Origin: Lachnospiraceae bacterium
Lineage (GTDB): Bacteria > Bacillota > Clostridia > Lachnospirales > Lachnospiraceae
Reading direction: 5' to 3'
Assembly: GCA_045119215.1 (NCBI GenBank)
Contig: JBGVDD010000098.1
Location: 33,632 to 97,631 of the forward strand
Length of the DNA: 64,000 bases
Below the pieces are notes generated by a model, which saw nothing but the letters and a program-made list of their open reading frames with translations, did not search any database and was not told the DNA's origin. The translations under genes were made by a program, and so were the position numbers. Below are positions 8,092-18,320 of the stretch, one piece after another; the first letter of the stretch is position 1, and every line of letters starts with the position of its first letter.

Positions 8092-9078
8092 TTAAAGTTC
8101 ATTTATGTCACAGTCAGAGATTGCTTTTAAAAACCGCATTTCCAATATAGATGGAATTAACGCATCCATCTCATCGTTTCTTGTGTAGGGAACAAACCCT
8201 CCTGCCATGGCAGGGTGTCCTCCACCTTGTCCAAAACCTTCCAAAGCGGATTTTGTAATCTGACCGGAATCATATATATTCCTTGCACTTCGTACAGAAA
8301 TTTTTACCCCTTCATTTTTGTATGAATAAACAATAGAAAAATTTACTTCCGCCAAGTCTAACATAAAATCGGAGATGCTGGCAATTAAGGGTTCCGGACA
8401 TCCGGCACCGGTATTTGCAAAACTTATATCCCCAAAAACTTTAATGGAATTGATTGCCGTAGCGTAGGATTTTAAATCACTTAATTTAACCGTTGCATGG
8501 TCTAATTCTTCAATTAATTTCAAATCACTTTGAGCATACAGCGTATGAAACATTTCCAAATCCAGATTGGATACCCCACGGGTCAGGTTTGCTGTGTCTA
8601 TCTTGATTCCGTATAACAATGCGGTAGCGGTATCCTGAGACATTGGAATTTTATTTTCAATAAAATATTGTGCAACCAGGGAAGCACAGGCACCTATTTC
8701 CGGCCGAATATCGCAGAAACGGTAATTTACTGTTTCAATGGCAGGGTGGTGATCCAGACAGATGATTTCATCCCCCGGTAAATTCTTAATGTTGGAATTT
8801 CCTTTTTGTGCATCCACCAGAATAATCTCGTCGGTAGTGTTGGTTAAATCATTTACATCAACATTGATAATTTCAATATTGAGACACTGTATCATCCGGT
8901 TTGTGGAATAACTGTCTATCTCACCATAATGGCAAATAGAAGAGGAGATTCCTTTATATAATAAAAGCTGCTGCAGTCCAAACGCGGATGCTATTGCATC
9001 CGGGTCTGGAAAGTTATGCGTTTGAATATATACATGTTTGTTTTTTATGTGATTTAAAATGGTATCCAGATTTGTCAT
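8092..9078 (-). CDS. DHH/DHHA1 family phosphoesterase (NrnA-like)
   Basis: Motifs HNFPDPDAIAS, LDHHP and GGGHPMAAG. Confidence 0.85.
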   Translation of the reverse strand: MTNLDTILNHIKNKHVYIQTHNFPDPDAIASAFGLQQLLLYKGISSSICHYGEIDSYSTNRMIQCLNIEIINVDVNDLTNTTDEIILVDAQKGNSNIKNLPGDEIICLDHHPAIETVNYRFCDIRPEIGACASLVAQYFIENKIPMSQDTATALLYGIKIDTANLTRGVSNLDLEMFHTLYAQSDLKLIEELDHATVKLSDLKSYATAINSIKVFGDISFANTGAGCPEPLIASISDFMLDLAEVNFSIVYSYKNEGVKISVRSARNIYDSGQITKSALEGFGQGGGHPAMAGGFVPYTRNDEMDALIPSILEMRFLKAISDCDINEL

Positions 9079-9112
9079 TATCTATACTCCACAAAATTCA
9101 ATACAATTAGGA

Positions 9113-10336
9113 TTATTTATTTTTCTCAAGTTCAGCTAACTTCATTGCACGAACCTTTAATGGAAGTCCGAATAAAGTGATAAATCCGTCAGCATCATGG
9201 TGGTCATACAATTCTCCGGTGGTGAAGCTTGCTAAAGATTCACTATATAATGAGTATGGAGAAGTTGTTCCTGCCTTGATAATATTTCCTTTATATAACT
9301 TAAACTTAACTTCACCGGTTACATACTGCTGTGTAGATTCTACAAATGCCTGAACTGCTTCGCGAAGTGGAGTAAACCACTTTCCTTCATATACAATCTG
9401 AGCAAACTTATTGGCCATATCCTTCTTTGTCTCCATGGTAGCACGGTCCAGGACTAATTCTTCTAACTGATTGTGTGCTTCCATAAGAATGGTTCCACCT
9501 GGGGTTTCGTATACACCGCGGGACTTCATGCCTACTACACGGTTTTCTACGATATCAACGATACCAATACCATGCTTTCCGCCAAGTACGTTTAATTCTT
9601 TAATGATGTCAGAAACCTTCATTTCTTTTCCGTTTACAGAAGTTGGAATACCTTTTTCAAAGGTCATGGTTACATATTCACCTTCATCTGGAGCTTTCTC
9701 AGGGGAAACACCAAGAACTAACAGGTGATCGTAGTTTGGTTCGTTTGCAGGATCTTCCAACTCTAAACCTTCATGACTGATGTGCCATAAGTTACGGTCA
9801 CGACTGTAGCTGGAATCAGCAGAGAATGGAAGGTCGATTCCGTGCTGTTTACAGTACTCAATTTCGTCTTCTCTTGACTGCATGGTCCAAATGTCTGTCA
9901 TTCTCCAAGGAGCAATAATCTTGATGTCTGGAGCAAGAGCTTTGATTCCTAATTCAAAACGAATCTGGTCATTTCCCTTTCCGGTTGCACCATGACAGAT
10001 GGCAACAGCATTTTCTTTGCGGGCAATTTCCACTAGTCTTTTTGCAATGGCTGGACGAGCCATGGAAGTTCCCAATAAATATTTATTTTCATAAACAGCA
10101 CCAGCCTGAACACAAGGAACGATATAATTGTCAGCAAAATCGTCTACCAGGTCTTCAATGTATAATTTTGAAGCACCGGATAATTTTGCTCTTTCTTCCA
10201 GACCATCCAATTCTTCTTCCTGTCCGCAGTTGATGCAGCAGCAGATAACATCATAGTCAAAATGTTCCTTTAACCAAGGAATGATTGCTGTGGTATCCAA
10301 TCCACCTGAGTATGCTAAAACTACTTTTTCTTTCAT
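9113..10336 (-). CDS. argG: argininosuccinate synthase
   Basis: N-terminal [11 protein letters not shown]-loop. Full-length ArgG-like sequence of 407 aa. Confidence 0.95.
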   Translation of the reverse strand: MKEKVVLAYSGGLDTTAIIPWLKEHFDYDVICCCINCGQEEELDGLEERAKLSGASKLYIEDLVDDFADNYIVPCVQAGAVYENKYLLGTSMARPAIAKRLVEIARKENAVAICHGATGKGNDQIRFELGIKALAPDIKIIAPWRMTDIWTMQSREDEIEYCKQHGIDLPFSADSSYSRDRNLWHISHEGLELEDPANEPNYDHLLVLGVSPEKAPDEGEYVTMTFEKGIPTSVNGKEMKVSDIIKELNVLGGKHGIGIVDIVENRVVGMKSRGVYETPGGTILMEAHNQLEELVLDRATMETKKDMANKFAQIVYEGKWFTPLREAVQAFVESTQQYVTGEVKFKLYKGNIIKAGTTSPYSLYSESLASFTTGELYDHHDADGFITLFGLPLKVRAMKLAELEKNK

Positions 10337-10410
10337 GATTCATTACCTCCGTATATGTATTTTGTTACTTTTTATTATGTACTATAAAGTGAACCATAAT
10401 CAATATACAG

Positions 10411-10520
10411 CATAATACATGATTATGCAAGTAAAAAAAGGTATAAAATAAGGTTTACACATTGATTATTAAAAAATATCTTGCATAATATGCATAAAAG
10501 ATGTATAATTATGCAAAATA
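10411..10520. promoter_or_regulatory. ARG-box-like palindromes (putative ArgR operators) in the divergent argG/argC control region
   Basis: cataatacATGATTATGCAagt (10411-10432), tTGCATAATATGCAta (10481-10496) and aTGTATAATTATGCAaa (10501-10517) are AT-rich TGnATA-N-TATnCA-type palindromes. The last two are tandem, spaced about 20 bp apart. Confidence 0.55.
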
Positions 10521-10633
10521 CACAATGTAATTCGTTCAGCAACCTTATCTTGCTATCCACAAGATGATGTGATACAATTACAGGATATTGTAATCCTGCA
10601 AGCGAGCAGGAAAGTAGAAAAGGAGAATGGAAG

Positions 10634-11581
10634 ATGAAAACAAAAATCTTTATTGATGGTTCCGAGGGAACTACAGGACTACGTATACATGAGCGTTTTC
10701 AGGGACGTGATGATATTGAATTATTGAAAATATCCTCAGACCTTAGAAAGGATGTAGAGGAGAGACGAAGATTAATTAATGCATCGGACATCACCTTTTT
10801 GTGTCTGCCGGATGCAGCGGCAAGGGAATCAGTGAGCCTGGTAGAAAATGAAAACGTGAAAATTATTGATACTTCCACAGCTCACAGAACAGAGCCGGGT
10901 TGGGCTTATGGTTTTCCTGAATTGTCAGAGAAACATAGACAAGCTATTATCACGGGAAAAAGAATTGCAGTGCCAGGATGTTATGCGTCAGGATTTATTT
11001 CACTGGTGTATCCTTTGGTAGCAGGCGGCATTCTTCCAAAGGATTATCCAGTCAGCAGCTTTGCTTTGTCAGGATACAGCGGAGCAGGAAAGAAAACCAT
11101 AGGTGTATATGAAAGTGAGGAAAGGGCAAGTGAGCTTTCTTCCGGAAGGGAGTACGCACTGACACAGCAGCATAAGCATTTAAAGGAAATGCAGAAGATC
11201 ACCGGAATTGAGAGAGCACCACTGTTTTCTCCTATTATAGATGATTATTATAGTGGAATGGTAGTTTCAGTTCCATTGTATACAGATTTACTGGACAAGA
11301 AGATGAATCCGGAAACTTTGACAGAGTTTTATGCAGAGTTTTATAAGGAGAAACCGTTTATCCAGGTGGCCACAAAGGATGATGCCGTAGCTGCCAGCGG
11401 ATTCCTGGCAGGGAATGGCTTGTCCGGCTGGGATGGTTTGAAAATCTATGTAACTGGAAATGAGGAAAGAATCGTAGTGTCTTCCCAGTTTGATAATTTA
11501 GGAAAAGGTGCCTCTGGTGCAGCAATCCAGTGTTTGAATTTAATGCTTGGTTGTGAGGAAACAAAGGGACTGAATTTATAA
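10634..11581 (+). CDS. argC: N-acetyl-gamma-glutamyl-phosphate reductase (short type-2 form)
   Basis: MKTKIFIDGSEGTTGLRI, the active-site region VPGCYASG, and a length of 315 aa. Confidence 0.9.
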   Translation: MKTKIFIDGSEGTTGLRIHERFQGRDDIELLKISSDLRKDVEERRRLINASDITFLCLPDAAARESVSLVENENVKIIDTSTAHRTEPGWAYGFPELSEKHRQAIITGKRIAVPGCYASGFISLVYPLVAGGILPKDYPVSSFALSGYSGAGKKTIGVYESEERASELSSGREYALTQQHKHLKEMQKITGIERAPLFSPIIDDYYSGMVVSVPLYTDLLDKKMNPETLTEFYAEFYKEKPFIQVATKDDAVAASGFLAGNGLSGWDGLKIYVTGNEERIVVSSQFDNLGKGASGAAIQCLNLMLGCEETKGLNL

Positions 11582-11608
11582 AGGAAAGTACATAGAGGAC
11601 AGTACATA

Positions 11609-12055
11609 ATGAAAATCAGAGAGATGACAATAGAAGATTATCCCAAGGTCCATGATTTATGGATGAAGATTAGTGGGTTTGGGATTCGAAGCATTGACGA
11701 TTCCAAAGAAGGGGTGGAGCATTTTTTGAAGCGGAACCCAACCACCAGTGTGGTGGCACTGGATGGTGAAAGAATTGTGGGATGTATCTTGTGTGGCCAT
11801 GATGGAAGACGGGGATGTCTGTATCATGTGTGTGTGGATGAGAATTACCGTAAGCATGGGATAGGAAAGCATATGGTGGAGTATTGTGTCAAAGCACTGA
11901 AAAAAGAGGGCGTCAACAAAGTTTCTATCATTGCTTTTACAAAAAATGAGATAGGAAATAAATTTTGGAAAAATTTGGGATGGGAATTTAGAACGGACCT
12001 GAATTATTATGATTACACGATCAATGCAGAAAATGTGACAACATTTAATCCTTGA
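11609..12055 (+). CDS. GNAT family N-acetyltransferase
   Basis: The acetyl-CoA-binding pattern V..YRKHGIGKHM is typical of GNAT motif A. 148 aa. Embedded between argC and argJ. Confidence 0.8.
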   Translation: MKIREMTIEDYPKVHDLWMKISGFGIRSIDDSKEGVEHFLKRNPTTSVVALDGERIVGCILCGHDGRRGCLYHVCVDENYRKHGIGKHMVEYCVKALKKEGVNKVSIIAFTKNEIGNKFWKNLGWEFRTDLNYYDYTINAENVTTFNP

Positions 12056-12093
12056 TTGAAATTTAATAGAAAAAAGAAAGGAAGGAAAATCAT

Positions 12094-13317
12094 ATGGAGA
12101 TAATCAAAGGTGGAGTAACTGCAGCTAAGGGATTTATGTCAGCTAGTACAGCGGCGGGAATCAAGTATGTGGGAAGAACAGACATGGCCATGGTATACAG
12201 TAAGGAGCCTTGTGTATCGGCAGGAACTTTCACAAGCAATGTAGTAAAGGCAGCCTGTGTGCAGTGGGATATGAAGGTTGTAGCCTCAGGAAAACCCATG
12301 CATGCAGTTGTGGTAAATTCAGGAATCGCTAACGCCTGTACCGGAAAGGAAGGCTTTGATGCCTGTGAGGCTACAGCAAAGGCGGTAGAGGAAAGCTTAG
12401 GAGTTCCCTATGACTCTGTGGCTGTTGCATCCACAGGCGTCATTGGAATGCAGCTTCCAGTGGAAAAGCTGGTAAATGGTGTAAAGGCTATGAGTGACAA
12501 GTTAGAGGAAAGTTTAGAAGCGGGAACAGAAAGCTCAAAGGCTATTATGACTACAGATACCATCAACAAAGAAGTGGCAGTAACTTTTGAGGTGGATGGA
12601 AAGACAGTGACTTTAGGTGGTATGGCAAAGGGGTCAGGAATGATTCATCCAAATATGTGTACCATGCTTGCTTTCTTAACTACAGACTTAGTTATCGAAA
12701 AGAGCCTGTTACAGGAAGCAGTAAAGGAGGTTGTCACAGATACCTTCAATATGATTACTGTGGATGGAGATACATCTACCAATGACACTTTGCTTATGAT
12801 GGCAAATGGACAGGCGCAAAATGCTATGATTTCTTCTAAGGATGAAAATTACCAGGCGTTTAAGGAAGCTTTGTTCTTTGTGTGTGAGTATCTGTCAAAG
12901 AAGATGGCAGGAGACGGAGAAGGGGCTACCAAGCTGTTTGAAGCTAAGGTAGTGAATGCAAAGACAAAGGAAGATGCCCGTACACTTTCCCGGGCAATTG
13001 TGGCATCTAATCTTTCAAAAGCTGCTATCTATGGATGCGATGCTAATTTTGGCAGATTTTTATGTGCTATGGGTTACTCTGGGGCACAGTTTGACCAGGA
13101 AGACGTGGAACTGTTTTTTGAGAGTAAGGCAGGAAGACTCCAGGTGTTTAAGCTGGGGACTCCATTAGAGTTTGACGAAGAGCTTGCGGTGAAAATTATG
13201 AAGGAAGATGAAGTTACTATTTTCGTGGATATGCATGAAGGCGGGGAAGAAGCTACAGCCTGGGGTTGTGATTTGACCTATGATTATGTAAAAATTAATG
13301 CGGACTACCGTTCATAA
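12094..13317 (+). CDS. argJ: bifunctional ornithine acetyltransferase / N-acetylglutamate synthase
   Basis: GGVTAAKGF N-terminus and the self-cleavage site region MCTMLAFLTTD. Confidence 0.95.
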   Translation: MEIIKGGVTAAKGFMSASTAAGIKYVGRTDMAMVYSKEPCVSAGTFTSNVVKAACVQWDMKVVASGKPMHAVVVNSGIANACTGKEGFDACEATAKAVEESLGVPYDSVAVASTGVIGMQLPVEKLVNGVKAMSDKLEESLEAGTESSKAIMTTDTINKEVAVTFEVDGKTVTLGGMAKGSGMIHPNMCTMLAFLTTDLVIEKSLLQEAVKEVVTDTFNMITVDGDTSTNDTLLMMANGQAQNAMISSKDENYQAFKEALFFVCEYLSKKMAGDGEGATKLFEAKVVNAKTKEDARTLSRAIVASNLSKAAIYGCDANFGRFLCAMGYSGAQFDQEDVELFFESKAGRLQVFKLGTPLEFDEELAVKIMKEDEVTIFVDMHEGGEEATAWGCDLTYDYVKINADYRS

Positions 13318-13379
13318 AAGGAAATTATGTAGTTATGAACAGATACGGTACATTCTAGAAAAATCAGGAGGAAATAAAC

Positions 13380-14273
13380 ATGTCAGAAATAGAGGATTAT
13401 TTAAAAAAAGCGGAGGTATTAATTGAGGCACTGCCATACATACAGCGTTTTAACCGTAAGGTGATTGTAGTAAAATACGGCGGAAGTGCTATGATAGATG
13501 AAGAGCTGAAGAAGAATGTGATTAAGGATGTCACTTTGTTGAAATTGGTAGGATTTAAGCCTATTATCGTCCATGGTGGTGGTAAGGAAATCAGCAAGTG
13601 GGTAGAAAAGTCCGGTAAGGAAGCAAAGTTTATCAATGGTCTTCGTGTGACAGATGCAGAGACCATGGAAATTGCAGAAATGGTTCTGGGACGTGTGAAC
13701 AAAAGTCTGGTTCAGATGATTGAACAGCTGGGAGTAAGAGCGATTGGAATCAGTGGAAAAGACGGTGGACTTTTGACGGTAGATAAAAAGTATTCCAACG
13801 GGGAAGATATTGGCTATGTAGGCAATATCAAGGAAGTAAATGCTCAGATTCTCTGGGATTTATTAGAAAAGGATTTTCTTCCTGTCATTGCTCCTATTGG
13901 ATTAGATGACAATTTTGAAACCTATAATATCAATGCGGATGATGCAGCCTGTGCTATTGCAGAGGCAATGCAGGCGGAAAAACTTGCCTTCCTGACAGAT
14001 GTGGAAGGGGTTATGAGAGACCCAAAAGATAAGAGTACACTGATTTCAGAACTTACCTTAAGTGAGGCAAAGAATCTGATAGAGGATGGAACTGTAGGTG
14101 GAGGTATGCTGCCAAAATTAAATAATTGTATGGAGGCTATTGAAAAAGGGGTTTCCAGAGTACATATTTTGGACGGACGAATCGCCCATTGTCTGTTACT
14201 GGAAATATTTACCAACAAGGGTATTGGAACTGCTATCCTGGGAGATAAGGAGATGAAATTTTACAATGAGTAA
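13380..14273 (+). CDS. argB: acetylglutamate kinase
   Basis: [15 protein letters not shown] and NINADDAA motifs. Confidence 0.95.
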   Translation: MSEIEDYLKKAEVLIEALPYIQRFNRKVIVVKYGGSAMIDEELKKNVIKDVTLLKLVGFKPIIVHGGGKEISKWVEKSGKEAKFINGLRVTDAETMEIAEMVLGRVNKSLVQMIEQLGVRAIGISGKDGGLLTVDKKYSNGEDIGYVGNIKEVNAQILWDLLEKDFLPVIAPIGLDDNFETYNINADDAACAIAEAMQAEKLAFLTDVEGVMRDPKDKSTLISELTLSEAKNLIEDGTVGGGMLPKLNNCMEAIEKGVSRVHILDGRIAHCLLLEIFTNKGIGTAILGDKEMKFYNE

Positions 14274-15471
14274 TGAAAATAAAAGTCAATGCTATATTGA
14301 CATGTGTGAAGAAAATATTTTAAAGACCTACAACCGTTTTCAGATTGTGTTAGAAAAGGGAGATGGTGTTTATTTATATGATGCAGATGACAAGAAGTAT
14401 CTGGACTTTGCAGCAGGAATTGCAGTATTTGCCTTAGGATACAATGATAAGGAATACAATGATGCTATTAAGTCTCAGATTGACAAGGTGATTCATACTT
14501 CCAATCTGTTTTACAATATTCCGGCAGCACAGGCGGCAAAGAAGTTAGTTGAAGTTTCTGGAATGAGTAAGGTGTTCTTTACCAACAGTGGTACAGAGGC
14601 TATTGAAGGGGCTATCAAGGTGGCAAGAAAGTATGCATACAATAAAGATGGCAGTACAGATCATGAGATTATTGCCATGGAGCATTCTTTCCACGGAAGA
14701 AGCTTAGGTGCCTTATCTGTGACTGGAAATGTAAAGTATCAGGAAGCATTTAAGCCATTAATTGGAGGAATCAAATTTGCCAAGTTTAATGATTTGGAAA
14801 GTGTAAAGGCTCAAATTACAGATAAAACCTGTGCCATCATTATGGAAACTGTTCAAGGAGAAGGTGGAATCTATCCGGCAGATGTGGAATTTTTAAAGAG
14901 CGTCAAGGCATTGTGCGAAGAGAAGGATATTCTCTTGATTTTAGATGAAATCCAGTGTGGTATGGGAAGAACCGGCTATCAGTTTGCATGGCAGGAATAC
15001 GGTGTGATGCCGGATGTGATGACCTGCGCCAAAGCTTTAGGCTGCGGTGTTCCGGTAGGTGCTTTTGTGCTGGGAGAAAAGGCAGCAAAGAATTCTTTAG
15101 TACCGGGAGACCATGGAACTACCTATGGTGGAAATCCTCTTGCCACAGCAGCAGTGAATGAAGTGTTTGAGTTGTTTGAAAAGCGAGATATTTTAAACCA
15201 CGTAAAGAAGGTCAGCAAATATTTAGAGGAAAAATTGGATGAACTGGTAGCTTCTACAGATATGTTTACCACCCGTCGTGGAAAAGGTCTGATGCAGGGG
15301 TTGGTTTGTGCAGAAGGTGTAAAACCAGGGGACATTGTGAATAAGGCATTGGAACATGGTTTAATTGTGATTACAGCAGGAAGCAATGTGGTACGTATGG
15401 TTCCACCTTTAGTCATTGAAGAGCAACATGTGGATGAAATGATTGCCATAATGAAAAAAATATGCTCATAA
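14266..15471 (+). CDS. argD: acetylornithine aminotransferase
   Basis: Class III aminotransferase pattern: [19 protein letters not shown], and CAKALG carrying the PLP lysine. Overlaps the argB stop. Confidence 0.9.
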   Translation: MSNENKSQCYIDMCEENILKTYNRFQIVLEKGDGVYLYDADDKKYLDFAAGIAVFALGYNDKEYNDAIKSQIDKVIHTSNLFYNIPAAQAAKKLVEVSGMSKVFFTNSGTEAIEGAIKVARKYAYNKDGSTDHEIIAMEHSFHGRSLGALSVTGNVKYQEAFKPLIGGIKFAKFNDLESVKAQITDKTCAIIMETVQGEGGIYPADVEFLKSVKALCEEKDILLILDEIQCGMGRTGYQFAWQEYGVMPDVMTCAKALGCGVPVGAFVLGEKAAKNSLVPGDHGTTYGGNPLATAAVNEVFELFEKRDILNHVKKVSKYLEEKLDELVASTDMFTTRRGKGLMQGLVCAEGVKPGDIVNKALEHGLIVITAGSNVVRMVPPLVIEEQHVDEMIAIMKKICS

Positions 15472-15499
15472 ATATTGAGAACACAACGGAGAATGAGTT

Positions 15500-16798
15500 A
15501 TGATAGGAAAAAACAGACTTTCCATGCTGGCAGTGGTGCTGTTGCTGGTTTTTATGCTCTGGTATGGACTGGATTCTTCCATAACAGAGCAAAGTCAGAA
15601 TATAGCTAACGGTATTCAGAATGCAGAGATTACAGTGTGGTATTGTGATGAAAGTTTAAAGGACTATGTGGAGAGTGCTGCAAAGAGCTATAGTCAGGCA
15701 TATCATGCAAAAGTTACGGTGGAACAAATCTCAGAAGTAAGCTATATTGAAAAAATCAATGAGCAAAGCGTAGGGGATGAATTTACCGGGCCGGATGTAT
15801 ATCTGGTCAGCAATGATGAACTTGAGATGATGGAACTGGCAGGGCTTACCAAAAAGGTAAAAGATAAAAAAAAGCACTACACTACGGAACACTATTGTGA
15901 TACCGCCTTGCATGCAGTTCGCTACAATGGAGCTCAGATTGCATATCCGGTAAGCTTTGAAACAAGTTTTTTGATTTATAATAAAGATTATGCGGTACTA
16001 AATGAACTGGATGAGAACGGTAATGAGGTTAAAAAAGAAGTGATTCCTACGGATTTTGAGCAAATCAAAGATTTTTCTGAAAACTGTGAGTTGCAAGAAG
16101 GGGTAGAAAATATTTTTCGGTTTGACGTGTCCGACATTTTTTATACCTACTTTGTTGTGGGAAATTATTTACAGTTAGGTGGTATGGATGGAGACAATGC
16201 AGGTGTGGTTGACATCGCAAATCCTCAGGTGAAGTCTTGTCTGGAAGCGTTTCAGGAGATGGCACAGTTTTTTGCCATGGATGTAAAGACGATTAATTAT
16301 GAAACAGTGATGACAGAGTTTGCCCAGGGAAAAACAGTGTATACCATAGGAAAAACAGATGCCGTTAGACGTATTCAGGAGCTTGCAAAGGAAAACGAAA
16401 AAGAAATACCCATTGGTGTGGCTCCTCTTCCTAATATTTCGGAGGAATTAAAAACCAAGGCTCTATCTATCACTACGGCAGCAGTGGTAAATGGTTATAC
16501 AAGACAGGAAGAGGCTGCTTCTGATTTTGCAGATTATCTGGCATACGGTTATGTGGGAAAACTGTATGAAACTACAGGAAAATATTGTGCAAAGCGTGGA
16601 GAAAGTCAGATAGAAGAAGCGTTTCACGATGAAATCTACAGTCAGTACGAAAATTCTGTATCTTTACCGAAATTAATCAATGCCAGCAATTTCTGGGTTA
16701 ATTTAGAAATAGCATTTTTTAATATCTGGAGTGGGGAAGATGTAAGCACACAGATTGAAAGAGTTTCAGAGCAGCTGACGAAACAGCTGAGTAACTAA
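15500..16798 (+). CDS. membrane-anchored extracellular solute-binding protein (family 1, sugar-type)
   Basis: N-terminal TM anchor LSMLAVVLLLVFMLWYGL. The remainder resembles MalE-type binding proteins. No cognate permease or ATPase genes are adjacent. Confidence 0.6.
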   Translation: MIGKNRLSMLAVVLLLVFMLWYGLDSSITEQSQNIANGIQNAEITVWYCDESLKDYVESAAKSYSQAYHAKVTVEQISEVSYIEKINEQSVGDEFTGPDVYLVSNDELEMMELAGLTKKVKDKKKHYTTEHYCDTALHAVRYNGAQIAYPVSFETSFLIYNKDYAVLNELDENGNEVKKEVIPTDFEQIKDFSENCELQEGVENIFRFDVSDIFYTYFVVGNYLQLGGMDGDNAGVVDIANPQVKSCLEAFQEMAQFFAMDVKTINYETVMTEFAQGKTVYTIGKTDAVRRIQELAKENEKEIPIGVAPLPNISEELKTKALSITTAAVVNGYTRQEEAASDFADYLAYGYVGKLYETTGKYCAKRGESQIEEAFHDEIYSQYENSVSLPKLINASNFWVNLEIAFFNIWSGEDVSTQIERVSEQLTKQLSN

Positions 16799-16843
16799 AG
16801 AACATTATATATTATGCTATTTTATTACAAAAAATGATAGAAA

Positions 16844-16888
16844 AAGAAGAGTTTGTCAAATATTGATTACAACTCTTCTTTTTTTTAA
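16844..16888 (+). terminator. intrinsic terminator
   Basis: Stem aagaagagtt (16844-16853) / aactcttctt (16871-16880) followed by T8. Confidence 0.75.
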
Positions 16889-17002
16889 TTCAAAAAATAT
16901 AAAAAATATAAAAAATTTCACTTTTTTGTTGTAAAATTGTAATTTTTTAGATAAAATAAGTGTATCCATATGCATTTAAGGATATCTGTTCCAAAAGGTA
17001 TC

Positions 17003-17608
17003 ATGAAAAGCAAAGTAATAAAATATGTTGTTATAGTGATTCTGTTTGCACTGTGTGGGGGCTATTATTACATCAGGCAATCGCCAGCAGAAGGATGGAA
17101 AATTCCGTCAGAAAGCGTGGAGTGTGAATTGGAAGATGATTTGACAGAACCAACAGATGGTGTAACAGATACGCCCAGAGACGAAGGACAAAAAATAATA
17201 GTTCATGTCTGTGGGGCAGTGGCAACCCCCGGAGTGTATGAACTGAGGGAGGATGCCCGGGTGTATGAAGCTATCAGTCTGGCGGGAGGTGTTACAAAGG
17301 ATGCAGCCGGAGAACGGCTGAATCAGGCACTGCAACTGACGGATGGACAGCAGTTATATGTTCCCTATATTTATGAGGATAGCTCCGCGGTGGGAGAGGA
17401 GAATACTGCAGAACAGGGTATTAACATTAATACAGCAACGAAACAGGAACTTATGACGTTGCCAGGAATTGGAGAATCCAAAGCACAGGCCATTGTTGAC
17501 TATCGTGAAAAACAGGGGAGATTCTCATCTATTGAAGAATTGACGAAAATTTCCGGCATAAAGAATGGTGTGTATGAAAAAATAAAAGAACTAGTAAGGA
17601 TTAGGTGA
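17003..17608 (+). CDS. comEA: competence protein ComEA (SLBB + helix-hairpin-helix DNA binding)
   Basis: The ORF starts at 16970. The ATG at 17003 (MKSKV, signal anchor) has a better RBS. C-terminal ININTATKQELMTLPGIGESKAQAIVDYREKQGRF is an HhH motif. Confidence 0.85.
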   Translation: MKSKVIKYVVIVILFALCGGYYYIRQSPAEGWKIPSESVECELEDDLTEPTDGVTDTPRDEGQKIIVHVCGAVATPGVYELREDARVYEAISLAGGVTKDAAGERLNQALQLTDGQQLYVPYIYEDSSAVGEENTAEQGININTATKQELMTLPGIGESKAQAIVDYREKQGRFSSIEELTKISGIKNGVYEKIKELVRIR

Positions 17609-17612
17609 AAAA

Positions 17613-18302
17613 ATGAGTAAGAAAGTATTGGTTGTGGATGATGAGAAGTTAATTGTAAAAGGGATACGATTCAGCCTGGAACAGGATGGAATGGAAGTAG
17701 ATTGTGCCTATGATGGAGAAGAAGCTCTGGAAATGGCAAAAGAAAATGACTATGATATCATACTATTAGATGTGATGCTTCCAAAATTTACAGGGTTTGA
17801 GGTATGCCAGCAGGTGAGAGAATTCTCTAGTGTTCCTATTATTATGCTTACTGCAAAAGGCGATGATATGGATAAGATTCTTGGCTTGGAATATGGTGCA
17901 GACGATTATATCACAAAACCATTTAATATATTAGAAGTAAAAGCCAGAATTAAAGCAATACTTCGCCGTGGTGCGGCAAAAGAGGAGTCAAAGGTTGACG
18001 AGTCTGTGATAACATGTGGAGAATTGACCTTGGATTTAGAGGGGAGAAGACTTCATATCAGCGGTGAAGAGATTAATCTTACAGCGAAAGAATTTGATGT
18101 GCTGGAATTGTTAGTTACCAATCCGAATAAGGTTTATGGCAGGGAAAAGCTGCTAAATCTGGTTTGGGGAGAAGAGTACCCTGGAGATGTGCGAACAGTT
18201 GATGTACATATTCGTAGACTTCGTGAAAAGATTGAGGCTAATCCAAGTGAACCAAGATATGTTCACACAAAATGGGGAGTTGGATATTATTTTCAGGGAT
18301 AG
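17613..18302 (+). CDS. OmpR-family response regulator
   Basis: Receiver domain (VLVVDDE, ILLDVMLP, KP) plus a winged-helix C-terminus (VHIRRLREKIE, GVGYYF). Confidence 0.9.
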   Translation: MSKKVLVVDDEKLIVKGIRFSLEQDGMEVDCAYDGEEALEMAKENDYDIILLDVMLPKFTGFEVCQQVREFSSVPIIMLTAKGDDMDKILGLEYGADDYITKPFNILEVKARIKAILRRGAAKEESKVDESVITCGELTLDLEGRRLHISGEEINLTAKEFDVLELLVTNPNKVYGREKLLNLVWGEEYPGDVRTVDVHIRRLREKIEANPSEPRYVHTKWGVGYYFQG

Positions 18303-18320
18303 TTATAAGGAGAGATAGAG

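Noticed and set aside
16889-16925. aaaaaatat-type A-tract periodicity (also 27921-27960), considered as a tandem repeat or CRISPR-like array
   Set aside because: It has only 2-3 short AT-only units and no spacer/repeat architecture. It is consistent with curved AT-rich promoter-upstream DNA.
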